A stretch of DNA of 64,000 nt from Eledone cirrhosa (taxonomy: Eukaryota). The notes under the pieces were generated by a model. It had not been told where the DNA came from and ran no database searches. It worked only from the letters and a program-made list of their open reading frames with translations. A program made the position numbers and the translations under genes. The DNA is taken from assembly GCA_964016885.1 (NCBI GenBank), contig OZ024750.1:38316001-38380000 (forward strand), read 5' to 3'. Below, piece after piece: positions 1 to 15,800 of this stretch. The first letter of the stretch is position 1; the number at the start of each line of letters is the position of its first letter.

Positions 1-3000
1 TGTACACTGTATGTGATGTACCATGAAGTTTTAGCTAACCTGTACACTGTACGTGATGTACTATGAAGCTATGACTAATCTGTACACTGTATGTGATGTA
101 CCATGAAGCTATGACTAATCTGTACACTGTATGTTATGTAACATGAAGCTATAGCTAACCTGTACACTGTATGTGATGTACCATGAAGCTATGACTAACC
201 TATACACTGTATGTGATGTACCATGAAGCTATAGCTAACCTGTACACTGTATGTGATGTACCATGAAGTTATAGCTATCCTGTACACTGTATGTGATGTA
301 CCATGAAGCTATGACTTATCTGTACACTGTATGTGATGTACCATGAAGCTATAGCTAACCTGTACACTGTATGTGATGTACCATGAAGCTATGACTAACC
401 TGTACACTGTATGTGATGTACCATGAAGCTATGACTAACCTGTACACTGTATGTGATGTAACATGAAGCTATAGCTAACCTGTACACTGTATGTGATGTA
501 CCATGAAGCTATGACTAACCTGTACACTGTATGTGATGTACCATGAAGCTATAGCTAACCTATACACTGTATGTGATGTACCATGAAACTATGACGAACC
601 TGTACACTGTATGTGATGTACCATGAAGCTATGGCTAATCTGTACACTGTATGTGATGTAACATGAAGCTATAGCTAACCTGTACACTGTATGTGATGTA
701 CCATGAAGCTATGACTAACATGTACACTGTATGTGATGTACCATGAAGCTATGACTAACCTGTACACTGTATGTGATGTACCATGAAGCTATGGCTAGCC
801 TGAACACTGTATGTGATGTACCATGAAGCTATGGCTAACCTGTACACTGTATGTGATGTACCATGAAGCTATGACTAACCTGTACACTGTATATGATGTA
901 CCATGAAGCTATGACTAACATGTACACTGTATGCGATGTACCATGAAGCTATGACTAACCTGTACACTGTATGTGATGTACCATGAAGCTATGACTAACC
1001 TGTACACTGTATGTGATGTACCATGAAGCTATGACTAACCTGTACACTGTATGTGATGTACCATGAAGCTATGACTAACCTGTACACTGTATGTGATGTA
1101 ACATGAAGCTATAGCTAACCTGTACACTGTATGTGATGTACCATGAAGCTATGATTAACCTGTACACTGTATGTGATGTACCATGAAGCTATAGCTAACC
1201 TATACACTGTATGTGATGTACCATGAAACTATGACTAACCTGTACACTGTATGTGATGTATCATGAAGCTATGGCTAATCTGTACACTGTATGTGATGTA
1301 ACATGAAGCTATAGCTAACCTGTACACTGTATGTGATGTACCACGAAGCTATGACTAACCTGTACACTGTATGTGATGTACCATGAAGCTATGGCTAACC
1401 TGTACACTGTATGTGATGTACCATGAAGCTATGACTAACCTATACACTGTATGTGATGTACCATGAAGCTATGACTAACCCGTACACTGTATGTGAGGTA
1501 CCATGAAGCTATGGCTAACCTGTACACTGTATGTGATGTACCATGAAGTTATAGCTAACATGTACACTGTATGTGATGTACCATGAAGCTATGACTAACC
1601 TGTACACTGTATGTGATGTACCATGAAGCTATGGCTAACCTGTACACTGTATGTGATGTACCATGAAGCTATGACTAACCTGTACACTGTATGTGATGTA
1701 ACATGAAGCTATAGCTAACCTGTACACTGTATGTGATGTACCATGAAGCTATGATTAACCTGTACACTGTATGTGATGTACCATGAAGCTATAGCTAACC
1801 TATACACTGTATGTGATGTACCATGAAACTATGACTAACCTGTACACTGTATGTGATGTACCATGAAGCTATGGCTAATCTGTACACTGTATGTGATGTA
1901 ACATGAAGCTATAGCTAACCTGTACACTGTATGTGATGTACCACGAAGCTATGACTAACCTGTACACTGTATGTGATGTACCATGAAGCTATGGCTAACC
2001 TGTACACTGTATGTGATGTACCATGAAGCTATGACTAACCTATACACTGTATGTGATGTACCATGAAGCTATGACTAACCCGTACATTGTATGTGATGTA
2101 CCATGAAGCTATGGCTAACCTGTACACTGTATGTGATGTACCATGAAGTTATAGCTAACATGTACACTGTATGTGATGTACCATGAAGCTATGACTAAAC
2201 TGTACACTGTATGTGATGTACCATGAAGCTATGGCTAACCTGTACACTGTATGTGATGTACCATGAAGCTATGGCTAACCTGTACACTGTATGTGATGTA
2301 CCATGAAGCTATGACTAACCTATACACTGTATGTGATGTACCATGAAGCTATGACTAACCCGTACACTGTATGTGATATACCATGAAGCTATGGCTAACC
2401 TGTACACTGTATGTGATGTACCATGAAGCTATGGCTAACCTGTACACTGTATGTGATGTACCATGAAGCTATGGCTAACCTGTACACTGTATGTGATGTA
2501 CCATGAAGCTATGACTAACCTATACACTGTATGTGATGTACCATGAAGCTATGACTAACCTGTACACTGTATGTGATGTACCATGAAGCTATGGCTAACC
2601 TGTACACTGTTTGTGATGTACCATGAAGCTATGGCTAACCTGTACACTGTATGTGATGTACCATGAAGTTATAGCTAACCTGTACACTGTATGTGATGTA
2701 CCATGAAGCTATGACTAATCTATACACTGTATGTGATGTACCATGAAGCTATAGCTAACCTGTACACTGTATGTGATGTACCATGAAGCTATGACTAACC
2801 TGTACACTGTATGTGATGTACCATGAAGCTATAGCTAACCTGTACAATGTTTGTGATGTACCATGCAGCTATGGCTAACCTGTACACTGTATGTGATGTA
2901 CCATGAAGTTATAGCTAACCTGTACACTGTATGTGATGTAACATGAAGCTATAGCTAACCTGTACACTGTATGTGATGTACCATGAAGCTATGACTAACC

Positions 3001-6000
3001 TGTACACTGTATGTGATGTACCATGAAGCTATAGCTAACCTATACACTGTATGTGATGTACCATGAAGCTATGACAAACCTGTACACTGTATGTGATGTA
3101 CCATGAAGCTATGACTAACCTATACACTGTATGTGATGTACCATGAAGCTATGACTAACCTGTACACTGTATGTGATGTACCATGAAGCTATGACTAACA
3201 TGTACACTGTATGTGATGTACCATGAAGCTATGACTAAACTGTACACTGTATGTGATGTACCATGAAGCTATGGCTAACCTGTACACTGTATGTGATGTA
3301 CCATGAAGTTATAGCTAACCTATACACTGTATGTGATGTACCATGAAGCTATGACTAACCCGTACACTGTATGTGATGTACCATGAAGCTATGGCTAACC
3401 TGTACACTGTATGTGATGTACCATGAAGCTATGGCTAACCTGTACACTGTATGTGATGTACCATGAAGCTATGGCTAACCTGTACACTGTATGTGATGTA
3501 CCATGAAGCTATGACTAACCTGTACACTGTATGTGATGTAACATGAAGTTATGACTAACATGTACACTGTATGTGATGTACCATGAAGCTATGGCTAACC
3601 TGTACACTGTATGTGATGTACCATGAAGCTATGACTAACCTGTACACTGTATGTGATGTACCATGAAGCTATGACTAACCTGTACACTGTATGTGATGTA
3701 CCATGAAGTTATGACTAACATGTACACTGTATGTGATGTACCATGAAGCTATGACTAACCTGTACAGTGTATGTGATGTACCATGAAGCTATGACTAACC
3801 TATACACTGTATGTGATGTACCATGAAGCTATGACTAACCTGTACACCGTATGTGATGTACCATGAAGCTATGACTAACCTATACACAGTATGTGATGTA
3901 CCATGAAGCTATGACTAACCTGTACACTGTATGTGATGTACCATGAAGCTATGACTAACCTATACACTGTATGTGATGTACCATGCAGCTATGACTAACC
4001 TGTACACTGTATGTGATGTACCATGAAGCTATGGCTAACCAGTACACTGTATGTGATGTACCATGAAGCTATGGCTAACCTGTACACTGTATGTGATGTA
4101 CCATGAAGTTTTAGCTAACCTGTACACTGTACGTGATGTACTATGAAGCTATGACTAATCTGTACACTGTATGTGATGTACCATGAAGCTATGACTAATC
4201 TGTACACTGTATGTGATGTAACATGAAGCTATAGCTAACCTGTACACTGTATGTGATGTACCATGAAGCTATGACTAACCTATACACTGTATGTGATGTA
4301 CCATGAAGCTATAGCTAACCTGTACACTGTATGTGATGTACCATGAAGTTATAGCTAACCTGTACACTGTATGTGATGTACCATGAAGCTATGACTAATC
4401 TGTACACTGTATGTGATGTACCATGAAGCTATAGCTAACCTGTACACTGTATGTGATGTACCATGAAGCTATGGCTAACCTGTACACTGTATGTGATGTA
4501 CCATGAAGCTATGACTAACCTGTACACTGTATGTGATGTAACATGAAGCTATAGCTAATCTGTACACTGTATGTGATGTACCATGAAGCTATGACTAACC
4601 TGTACACTGTATGTGATGTACCATGAAGCTATAGCTAACCTATACACTGTATGTGATGTACCATGAAACTATGACAAACCTGTACACTGTATGTGATGTA
4701 GCATGAAGCTATGGCTAACCTGTACACTGTATGTGATGTACCATGAAGCTATGGCTAACCTGTACACTGTATGTGATGTACCATGAAGTTTTAGCTAACC
4801 TGTACACTGTACGTGATGTACTATGAAGCTATGACTAATCTGTACACTGTATGTGATGTACCATGAAGCTATGACTAATCTGTACACTGTATGTTATGTA
4901 ACATGAAGCTATAGCTAACCTGTACACTGTATGTGATGTACCATGAAGCTATGACTAACCTATACACTGTATGTGATGTACCATGAAGCTATAGCTAACC
5001 TGTACACTGTATGTGATGTACCATGAAGTTATAGCTATCCTGTACACTGTATGTGATGTACCATGAAGCTATGACTTATCTGTACACTGTATGTGATGTA
5101 CCATGAAGCTATAGCTAACCTGTACACTGTATGTGATGTACCATGAAGCTATGACTAACCTGTACACTGTATGTGATGTACCATGAAGCTATGACTAACC
5201 TGTACACTGTATGTGATGTAACATGAAGCTATAGCTAACCTGTACACTGTATGTGATGTACCATGAAGCTATGACTAACCTGTACACTGTATGTGATGTA
5301 CCATGAAGCTATAGCTAACCTATACACTGTATGTGATGTACCATGAAACTATGACGAACCTGTACACTGTATGTGATGTACCATGAAGCTATGGCTAATC
5401 TGTACACTGTATGTGATGTAACATGAAGCTATAGCTAACCTGTACACTGTATGTGATGTACCATGAAGCTATGACTAACATGTACACTGTATGTGATGTA
5501 CCATGAAGCTATGACTAACCTGTACACTGTATGTGATGTACCATGAAGCTATGGCTAGCCTGAACACTGTATGTGATGTACCATGAAGCTATGGCTAACC
5601 TGTACACTGTATGTGATGTACCATGAAGCTATGACTAACCTGTACACTGTATATGATGTACCATGAAGCTATGACTAACATGTACACTGTATGCGATGTA
5701 CCATGAAGCTATGACTAACCTGTACACTGTATGTGATGTACCATGAAGCTATGACTAACCTGTACACTGTATGTGATGTACCATGAAGCTATGACTAACC
5801 TGTACACTGTATGTGATGTACCATGAAGCTATGACTAACCTGTACACTGTATGTGATGTAACATGAAGCTATAGCTAACCTGTACACTGTATGTGATGTA
5901 CCATGAAGCTATGATTAACCTGTACACTGTATGTGATGTACCATGAAGCTATAGCTAACCTATACACTGTATGTGATGTACCATGAAACTATGACTAACC

Positions 6001-9000
6001 TGTACACTGTATGTGATGTATCATGAAGCTATGGCTAATCTGTACACTGTATGTGATGTAACATGAAGCTATAGCTAACCTGTACACTGTATGTGATGTA
6101 CCACGAAGCTATGACTAACCTGTACACTGTATGTGATGTACCATGAAGCTATGGCTAACCTGTACACTGTATGTGATGTACCATGAAGCTATGACTAACC
6201 TATACACTGTATGTGATGTACCATGAAGCTATGACTAACCCGTACACTGTATGTGAGGTACCATGAAGCTATGGCTAACCTGTACACTGTATGTGATGTA
6301 CCATGAAGTTATAGCTAACATGTACACTGTATGTGATGTACCATGAAGCTATGACTAACCTGTACACTGTATGTGATGTACCATGAAGCTATGGCTAACC
6401 TGTACACTGTATGTGATGTACCATGAAGCTATGACTAACCTGTACACTGTATGTGATGTAACATGAAGCTATAGCTAACCTGTACACTGTATGTGATGTA
6501 CCATGAAGCTATGATTAACCTGTACACTGTATGTGATGTACCATGAAGCTATAGCTAACCTATACACTGTATGTGATGTACCATGAAACTATGACTAACC
6601 TGTACACTGTATGTGATGTACCATGAAGCTATGGCTAATCTGTACACTGTATGTGATGTAACATGAAGCTATAGCTAACCTGTACACTGTATGTGATGTA
6701 CCACGAAGCTATGACTAACCTGTACACTGTATGTGATGTACCATGAAGCTATGGCTAACCTGTACACTGTATGTGATGTACCATGAAGCTATGACTAACC
6801 TATACACTGTATGTGATGTACCATGAAGCTATGACTAACCCGTACATTGTATGTGATGTACCATGAAGCTATGGCTAACCTGTACACTGTATGTGATGTA
6901 CCATGAAGTTATAGCTAACATGTACACTGTATGTGATGTACCATGAAGCTATGACTAAACTGTACACTGTATGTGATGTACCATGAAGCTATGGCTAACC
7001 TGTACACTGTATGTGATGTACCATGAAGCTATGGCTAACCTGTACACTGTATGTGATGTACCATGAAGCTATGACTAACCTATACACTGTATGTGATGTA
7101 CCATGAAGCTATGACTAACCCGTACACTGTATGTGATATACCATGAAGCTATGGCTAACCTGTACACTGTATGTGATGTACCATGAAGCTATGGCTAACC
7201 TGTACACTGTATGTGATGTACCATGAAGCTATGGCTAACCTGTACACTGTATGTGATGTACCATGAAGCTATGACTAACCTATACACTGTATGTGATGTA
7301 CCATGAAGCTATGACTAACCTGTACACTGTATGTGATGTACCATGAAGCTATGGCTAACCTGTACACTGTTTGTGATGTACCATGAAGCTATGGCTAACC
7401 TGTACACTGTATGTGATGTACCATGAAGTTATAGCTAACCTGTACACTGTATGTGATGTACCATGAAGCTATGACTAATCTATACACTGTATGTGATGTA
7501 CCATGAAGCTATAGCTAACCTGTACACTGTATGTGATGTACCATGAAGCTATGACTAACCTGTACACTGTATGTGATGTACCATGAAGCTATAGCTAACC
7601 TGTACAATGTTTGTGATGTACCATGCAGCTATGGCTAACCTGTACACTGTATGTGATGTACCATGAAGTTATAGCTAACCTGTACACTGTATGTGATGTA
7701 ACATGAAGCTATAGCTAACCTGTACACTGTATGTGATGTACCATGAAGCTATGACTAACCTGTACACTGTATGTGATGTACCATGAAGCTATAGCTAACC
7801 TATACACTGTATGTGATGTACCATGAAGCTATGACAAACCTGTACACTGTATGTGATGTACCATGAAGCTATGACTAACCTATACACTGTATGTGATGTA
7901 CCATGAAGCTATGACTAACCTGTACACTGTATGTGATGTACCATGAAGCTATGACTAACATGTACACTGTATGTGATGTACCATGAAGCTATGACTAAAC
8001 TGTACACTGTATGTGATGTACCATGAAGCTATGGCTAACCTGTACACTGTATGTGATGTACCATGAAGCTATGGCTAACCTGTACACTGTATGTGATGTA
8101 CCATTAAGCTATGACTAACCTATACACTGTATGTGATGTACCATGAAGCTATGACTAACCCGTACACTGTATGTGATGTACCATGAAGCTATGGCTAACC
8201 TGTACACTGTATGTGATGTACCATGAAGCTATAGCTAACCTGTACACTGTATGTGATGTACCATGAAGCTATGGCTAACCTGTACACTGTATGTGATGTA
8301 CCATGAAGCTATGACTAACCTATACACTGTATGTGATGTACCATGAAGCTATGACTAACCTGTACACTGTATGTGATGTAACATGAAGCTATGGCTAACC
8401 TGTACACTGTTTGTGATGTACCATGAAGCTATGGCTAACCTGTACACTGTATGTGATGTACCATGAAGTTATAGCTAACCTATACACTGTATGTGATGTA
8501 CCATGAAGCTATGACTAACCCGTACACTGTATGTGATGTACCATGAAGCTATGGCTAACCTGTACACTGTATGTGATGTACCATGAAGCTATGGCTAACC
8601 TGTACACTGTATGTGATGTACCATGAAGCTATGGCTAACCTGTACACTGTATGTGATGTACCATGAAGCTATGACTAACCTGTACACTGTATGTGATGTA
8701 ACATGAAGTTATGACTAACATGTACACTGTATGTGATGTACCATGAAGCTATGGCTAACCTGTACACTGTATGTGATGTACCATGAAGCTATGACTAACC
8801 TGTACACTGTATGTGATGTACCATGAAGCTATGACTAACCTGTACACTGTATGTGATGTACCATGAAGTTATGACTAACATGTACACTGTATGTGATGTA
8901 CCATGAAGCTATGACTAACCTGTACAGTGTATGTGATGTACCATGAAGCTATGACTAACCTATACACTGTATGTGATGTACCATGAAGCTATGACTAACC

Positions 9001-9840
9001 TGTACACCGTATGTGATGTACCATGAAGCTATGACTAACCTATACACAGTATGTGATGTACCATGAAGCTATGACTAACCTGTACACTGTATGTGATGTA
9101 CCATGAAGCTATGACTAACCTATACACTGTATGTGATGTACCATGCAGCTATGACTAACCTGTACACTGTATGTGATGTACCATGAAGCTATGGCTAACC
9201 AGTACACTGTATGTGATGTACCATGAAGCTATGGCTAACCTGTACACTGTATGTGATGTACCATGAAGTTTTAGCTAACCTGTACACTGTACGTGATGTA
9301 CTATGAAGCTATGACTAATCTGTACACTGTATGTGATGTACCATGAAGCTATGACTAATCTGTACACTGTATGTGATGTAACATGAAGCTATAGCTAACC
9401 TGTACACTGTATGTGATGTACCATGAAGCTATGACTAACCTATACACTGTATGTGATGTACCATGAAGCTATAGCTAACCTGTACACTGTATGTGATGTA
9501 CCATGAAGTTATAGCTAACCTGTACACTGTATGTGATGTACCATGAAGCTATGACTAATCTGTACACTGTATGTGATGTACCATGAAGCTATAGCTAACC
9601 TGAACACTGTATGTGATGTACCATGAAGCTATGGCTAACCTGTACACTGTATGTGATGTACCATGAAGCTATGACTAACCTGTACACTGTATGTGATGTA
9701 ACATGAAGCTATAGCTAATCTGTACACTGTATGTGATGTACCATGAAGCTATGACTAACCTGTACACTGTATGTGATGTACCATGAAGCTATAGCTAACC
9801 TATACACTGTATGTGATGTACCATGAAACTATGACAAACC
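1..9840. repeat. Higher-order duplication: ~1-4680 repeated at ~4761-9840 (offset 4760 bp = 119 monomers, then 5160 bp after a 10-monomer indel at 8041-8440)
   Basis: Rare markers recur at offset 4760: atgttatgta 131/4891, atagctatcc 271/5031, tgaacac 801/5561, atgtgaggta 1491/6251, cgtacattgt 2081/6841, tgtacaatgt 2841/7601. At offset 5160: tgtacagtgt 3761/8921, agtacactgt 4041/9201, atgacaaacc 4671/9831. Confidence 0.92.
1041..2240. repeat. Nested 600-bp (15-monomer) tandem duplication, carried again at ~5801-7000
   Basis: atgattaacc 1151/1751, ccatgaaact 1221/1821, ccacgaagct 1341/1941, cgtaca 1481/2081 and atagctaaca 1551/2151 all recur at offset 600. Confidence 0.88.
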
Positions 9841-12800
9841 TGTACACTGTATGTGATGTACCATGAAGCTATGGCTAATCTGTACACTGTATGTGATGTA
9901 ACATGAAGCTATAGCTAACCTGTACACTGTATGTGATGTACCATGAAGCTATGACTAACCTGTACACTGTATGTGATGTACCATGAAGCTATGGCTAACC
10001 TGTACACTGTATGTGATGTACCATGAAGCTATGACTAACCTATACACTGTATGTGATGTACCATGAAGCTCTGACTAACCCGTACACTGTATGTGATGTA
10101 CCATGAAGCTATGGCTAACCTGTACACTGTATGTGATGTACCATGAAGTTATAACTAACCTGTACACTGTATGTGATGTACTATGAAGCTATGACTAATC
10201 TGTACACTGTATGTGATATACCATGAAGCTATGACTAATCTGTACACTGTATGTGATGTAACATGAAGCTATAGCTAACCTGTACACTGTATGTGATGTA
10301 CCATGAAGCTATGACTAACCTATACACTGTATGTGATGTACCATGAAGCTATAGCTAACCTGTACACTGTATGTGATGTACCATGAAGTTATAGCTAACC
10401 TGTACACTGTATGTGATGTACCATGAAGCTATGACTAATCTGTACACTGTATGTGATGTACCATGAAGCTATAGCTAACCTGTACACTGTATGTGATGTA
10501 ACATGAAGCTATAGCTAACCTGTACACTGTATGTGATGTACCATGAAGCTATGACTAAACTGTACACTGTATGTGATGTACCATGAAGCTATAGCTAACC
10601 TATACACTGTATGTGATGTACCATGAAGCTATGACAAACCTGTACACTGTATGTGATGTACCATGAAGCTATGACTAACCTATACACTGTATGTGATGTA
10701 CCATGAAGCTATGACTAACCTGTACACTGTATGTGATGTACCATGAAGCTATGACTAACATGTACACTGTATGTGATGTACCATGAAGCAATGACTAAAC
10801 TGTACACTGTATGTGATGTACCATGAAGCTATGGCTAACCTGTACACTGTATGTGATGTACCACAAAGCTATGGCTAACCTGTACACTGTATGTGATGTA
10901 CCATGAAGCTATGACTAACCTATACACTGTATGTGATGTACCATGAAGCTATGACTAACCCGTACACTGTATGTGATGTACCATGAAGCTATGGCTAACC
11001 TGTACACTGTATGTGATGTACCATGAAGCTATGACTAACCTGTACACTGTATGTGATGTACCATGAAGCTATAGCTAACCTATACACTGTATGTGATGTA
11101 CCATGAAGCTATGACAAACCTGTACACTGTATGTGATGTACCATGAAGCTATGACTAACCTGTACACTGTATGTGATGTACCATGAAGCTATGACTAACC
11201 TATACACTGTATGTGATGTACCATGAAGCTATGACTAACCTGTACACTGTATGTGATGTACCATGAAGCTATGACTAACATGTTCACTCTATGTGATGTA
11301 CCATGAAGCTATGACTAAACTGTACACTGTATGTGATGTACCATGAAGCTATGGCTAACCTGTACACTGTATGTGATGTACCATGAAGCTATGGCTAACC
11401 TGTACACTGTATGTGATGTACCATGAAGCTATGACTAACCTATACACTGTATGTGATGTACCATGAAGCTATGACTAACCCGTACACTGTATGTGATGTA
11501 CCATGAAGCTATGGCTAACCTGTACACTGTATGTGATGTACCATGAAGCTCTGGCTAACCTGTACACTCTATGTGATGTACCATGAAGCTATGGCTAACC
11601 TGTACACTGTATGTGATGTACCATGAAGCTATGACTAACCTATACACTGTATGTGATGTACCATGAAGCTATGACTAACCTGTACACTGTATGTGATGTA
11701 CCATGAAGCTATGGCTAACCTGTACACTGTATGTGATGTACCATGAAGCTATGACTAACCTGTACACTGTATGTGATGTACCATGAAGCTATGACTAACC
11801 TGTACACTGTATGTGATGTACCATGAAGCTATGACTAACCTGTACACCGTATGTGATGTACCATGAAGCTATGACTAACCTATACACAGTATGTGATGTA
11901 CCATGAAGCTATGACCAACCTGTTCACTGTATGTGATGTACCATGAAGCTATGACTAACCTATACACTGTATGTGATGTACCATGCAGCTATGACTAACC
12001 TGTACACTGTATGTGATGTACCATGAAGCTATGGCTAACCTGTACACTGTATGTGATGTACCATGAAGCTATGGCTAACCTGTACACTGTATGTGATGTA
12101 CCATGAAGTTTTAGCTAACCTGTACACTGTACGTGATGTACTATGAAGCTATGACTAATCTGTACACTGTATGTGATGTACCATGAAGCTATGACTAATC
12201 TGTACACTGTATGTGATGTAACATGAAGCTATAGCTAACCTGTACACTGTATGTGATGTACCATGAAGCTATGACTAACCTATACACTGTATGTGATGTA
12301 CCATGAAGCTATAGCTAACCTGTACACTGTATGTGATGTACCATCAAGTTATAGCTATCCTGTACACTGTATGTGATGTACCATGAAGCTATGACTTATC
12401 TGTACACTGTATGTGATGTACCATGAAGCTATAGCTAACCTGTACACTGTATGTGATGTACCATGAAGCTATGACTAACGTGTACACTGTATGTGATGTA
12501 CCATGAAGCTATGACTAACCTGTACACTGTATGTGATGTAACATGAAGCTATAGCTAACCTGTACACTGTATGTGATGTACCATGAAGCTATGACTAACC
12601 TGTACACTGTATGTGATGTACCATGAAGCTATGACTAACCTGTACACTGTATGTGATGTACCATGAAGCTATGACTAACCTGTACACTGTATGTGATGTA
12701 CCATGAAGCTATGACTAACCTATACACTGTATGTGATGTACCATGAAGTTATAGCTAACCTGTACACTGTATGTGATGTACCATGAAGCTATGACTAATC

Positions 12801-15800
12801 TATACACTGTATGTGATGTACCATGAAGCTATAGCTAACCTGTACACTGTATGTGATGTACCATGAAGCTATGACTAACCTGTACACTGTATGTGATGTA
12901 CCATGAAGCTATAGCTAACCTGTACAATGTTTGTGATGTACCATGCAGCTATGGCTAACCTGTACACTGTATGTGATGTACCATGAAGTTATAGCTAACC
13001 TGTACACTGTATGTGATGTAACATGAAGCTATAGCTAACCTGTACACTGTATGTGATGTACCATGAAGCTATGACTAACCTGTACACTGTATGTGATGTA
13101 CCATGAAGCTATAGCTAACCTATACACTGTATGTGATGTACCATGAAGCTATGACAAACCTGTACACTGTATGTGATGTACCATGAAGCTATGACTAACC
13201 TATACACTGTATGTGATGTACCATGAAGCTATGACTAACCTGTACACTGTATGTGATGTACCATGAAGCTATGACTAACATGTACACTGTATGTGATGTA
13301 CCATGAAGCTATGACTAAACTGTACACTGTATGTGATGTACCATGAAGCTATGGCTAACCTGTACACTGTATGTGATGTACCATGAAGCTATGGCTAACC
13401 TGTACACTGTATGTGATGTACCATTAAGCTATGACTAACCTATACACTGTATGTGATGTACCATGAAGCTATGACTAACCCGTACACTGTATGTGATGTA
13501 CCATGAAGCTATGGCTAACCTGTACACTGTATGTGATGTACCATGAAGCTATAGCTAACCTGTACACTGTATGTGATGTACCATGAAGCTATGGCTAACC
13601 TGTACACTGTATGTGATGTACCATGAAGCTATGACTAACCTATACACTGTATGTGATGTACCATGAAGCTATGACTAACCTGTACACTGTATGTGATGTA
13701 ACATGAAGCTATGGCTAACCTGTACACTGTTTGTGATGTACCATGAAGCTATGGCTAACCTGTACACTGTATGTGATGTACCATGAAGTTATAGCTAACC
13801 TATACACTGTATGTGATGTACCATGAAGCTATGACTAACCCGTACACTGTATGTGATGTACCATGAAGCTATGGCTAACCTGTACACTGTATGTGATGTA
13901 CCATGAAGCTATGGCTAACCTGTACACTGTATGTGATGTACCATGAAGCTATGGCTAACCTGTACACTGTATGTGATGTACCATGAAGCTATGACTAACC
14001 TGTACACTGTATGTGATGTAACATGAAGTTATGACTAACATGTACACTGTATGTGATGTACCATGAAGCTATGGCTAACCTGTACACTGTATGTGATGTA
14101 CCATGAAGCTATGACTAACCTGTACACTGTATGTGATGTACCATGAAGCTATGACTAACCTGTACACTGTATGTGATGTACCATGAAGTTATGACTAACA
14201 TGTACACTGTATGTGATGTACCATGAAGCTATGACTAACCTGTACAGTGTATGTGATGTACCATGAAGCTATGACTAACCTATACACTGTATGTGATGTA
14301 CCATGAAGCTATGACTAACCTGTACACCGTATGTGATGTACCATGAAGCTATGACTAACCTATACACAGTATGTGATGTACCATGAAGCTATGACTAACC
14401 TGTACACTGTATGTGATGTACCATGAAGCTATGACTAACCTATACACTGTATGTGATGTACCATGCAGCTATGACTAACCTGTACACTGTATGTGATGTA
14501 CCATGAAGCTATGGCTAACCAGTACACTGTATGTGATGTACCATGAAGCTATGGCTAACCTGTACACTGTATGTGATGTACCATGAAGTTTTAGCTAACC
14601 TGTACACTGTACGTGATGTACTATGAAGCTATGACTAATCTGTACACTGTATGTGATGTACCATGAAGCTATGACTAATCTGTACACTGTATGTGATGTA
14701 ACATGAAGCTATAGCTAACCTGTACACTGTATGTGATGTACCATGAAGCTATGACTAACCTATACACTGTATGTGATGTACCATGAAGCTATAGCTAACC
14801 TGTACACTGTATGTGATGTACCATGAAGTTATAGCTAACCTGTACACTGTATGTGATGTACCATGAAGCTATGACTAATCTGTACACTGTATGTGATGTA
14901 CCATGAAGCTATAGCTAACCTGAACACTGTATGTGATGTACCATGAAGCTATGGCTAACCTGTACACTGTATGTGATGTACCATGAAGCTATGACTAACC
15001 TGTACACTGTATGTGATGTAACATGAAGCTATAGCTAATCTGTACACTGTATGTGATGTACCATGAAGCTATGACTAACCTGTACACTGTATGTGATGTA
15101 CCATGAAGCTATAGCTAACCTATACACTGTATGTGATGTACCATGAAACTATGACAAACCTGTACACTGTATGTGATGTACCATGAAGCTATGGCTAATC
15201 TGTACACTGTATGTGATGTAACATGAAGCTATAGCTAACCTGTACACTGTATGTGATGTACCATGAAGCTATGACTAACCTGTACACTGTATGTGATGTA
15301 CCATGAAGCTATGGCTAACCTGTACACTGTAGGTGATGTACCATGAAGCTATGACTAACCTATACACTGTATGTGATGTACCATGAAGCTCTGACTAACC
15401 CGTACACTGTATGTGATGTACCATGAAGCTATGGCTAACCTGTACACTGTATGTGATGTACCATGAAGTTATAACTAACCTGTACACTGTATGTGATGTA
15501 CTATGAAGCTATGACTAATCTGTACACTGTATGTGATATACCATGAAGCTATGACTAATCTGTACACTGTATGTGATGTAACATGAAGCTATAGCTAACC
15601 TGTACACTGTATGTGATGTACCATGAAGCTATGACTAACCTATACACTGTATGTGATGTACCATGAAGCTATAGCTAACCTGTACACTGTATGTGATGTA
15701 CCATGAAGTTATAGCTAACCTGTACACTGTATGTGATGTACCATGAAGCTATGACTAATCTGTACACTGTATGTGATGTACCATGAAGCTATAGCTAACC

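Noticed and set aside
10147-10156. Apparent compensatory palindrome AGTTATAACT (also at 15467-15476) replacing AGCTATAGCT
   Set aside because: It is a single event copied by the 5320-bp duplication, and both component variants (aagtt, ataact) occur separately elsewhere. This is not evidence of covariation.
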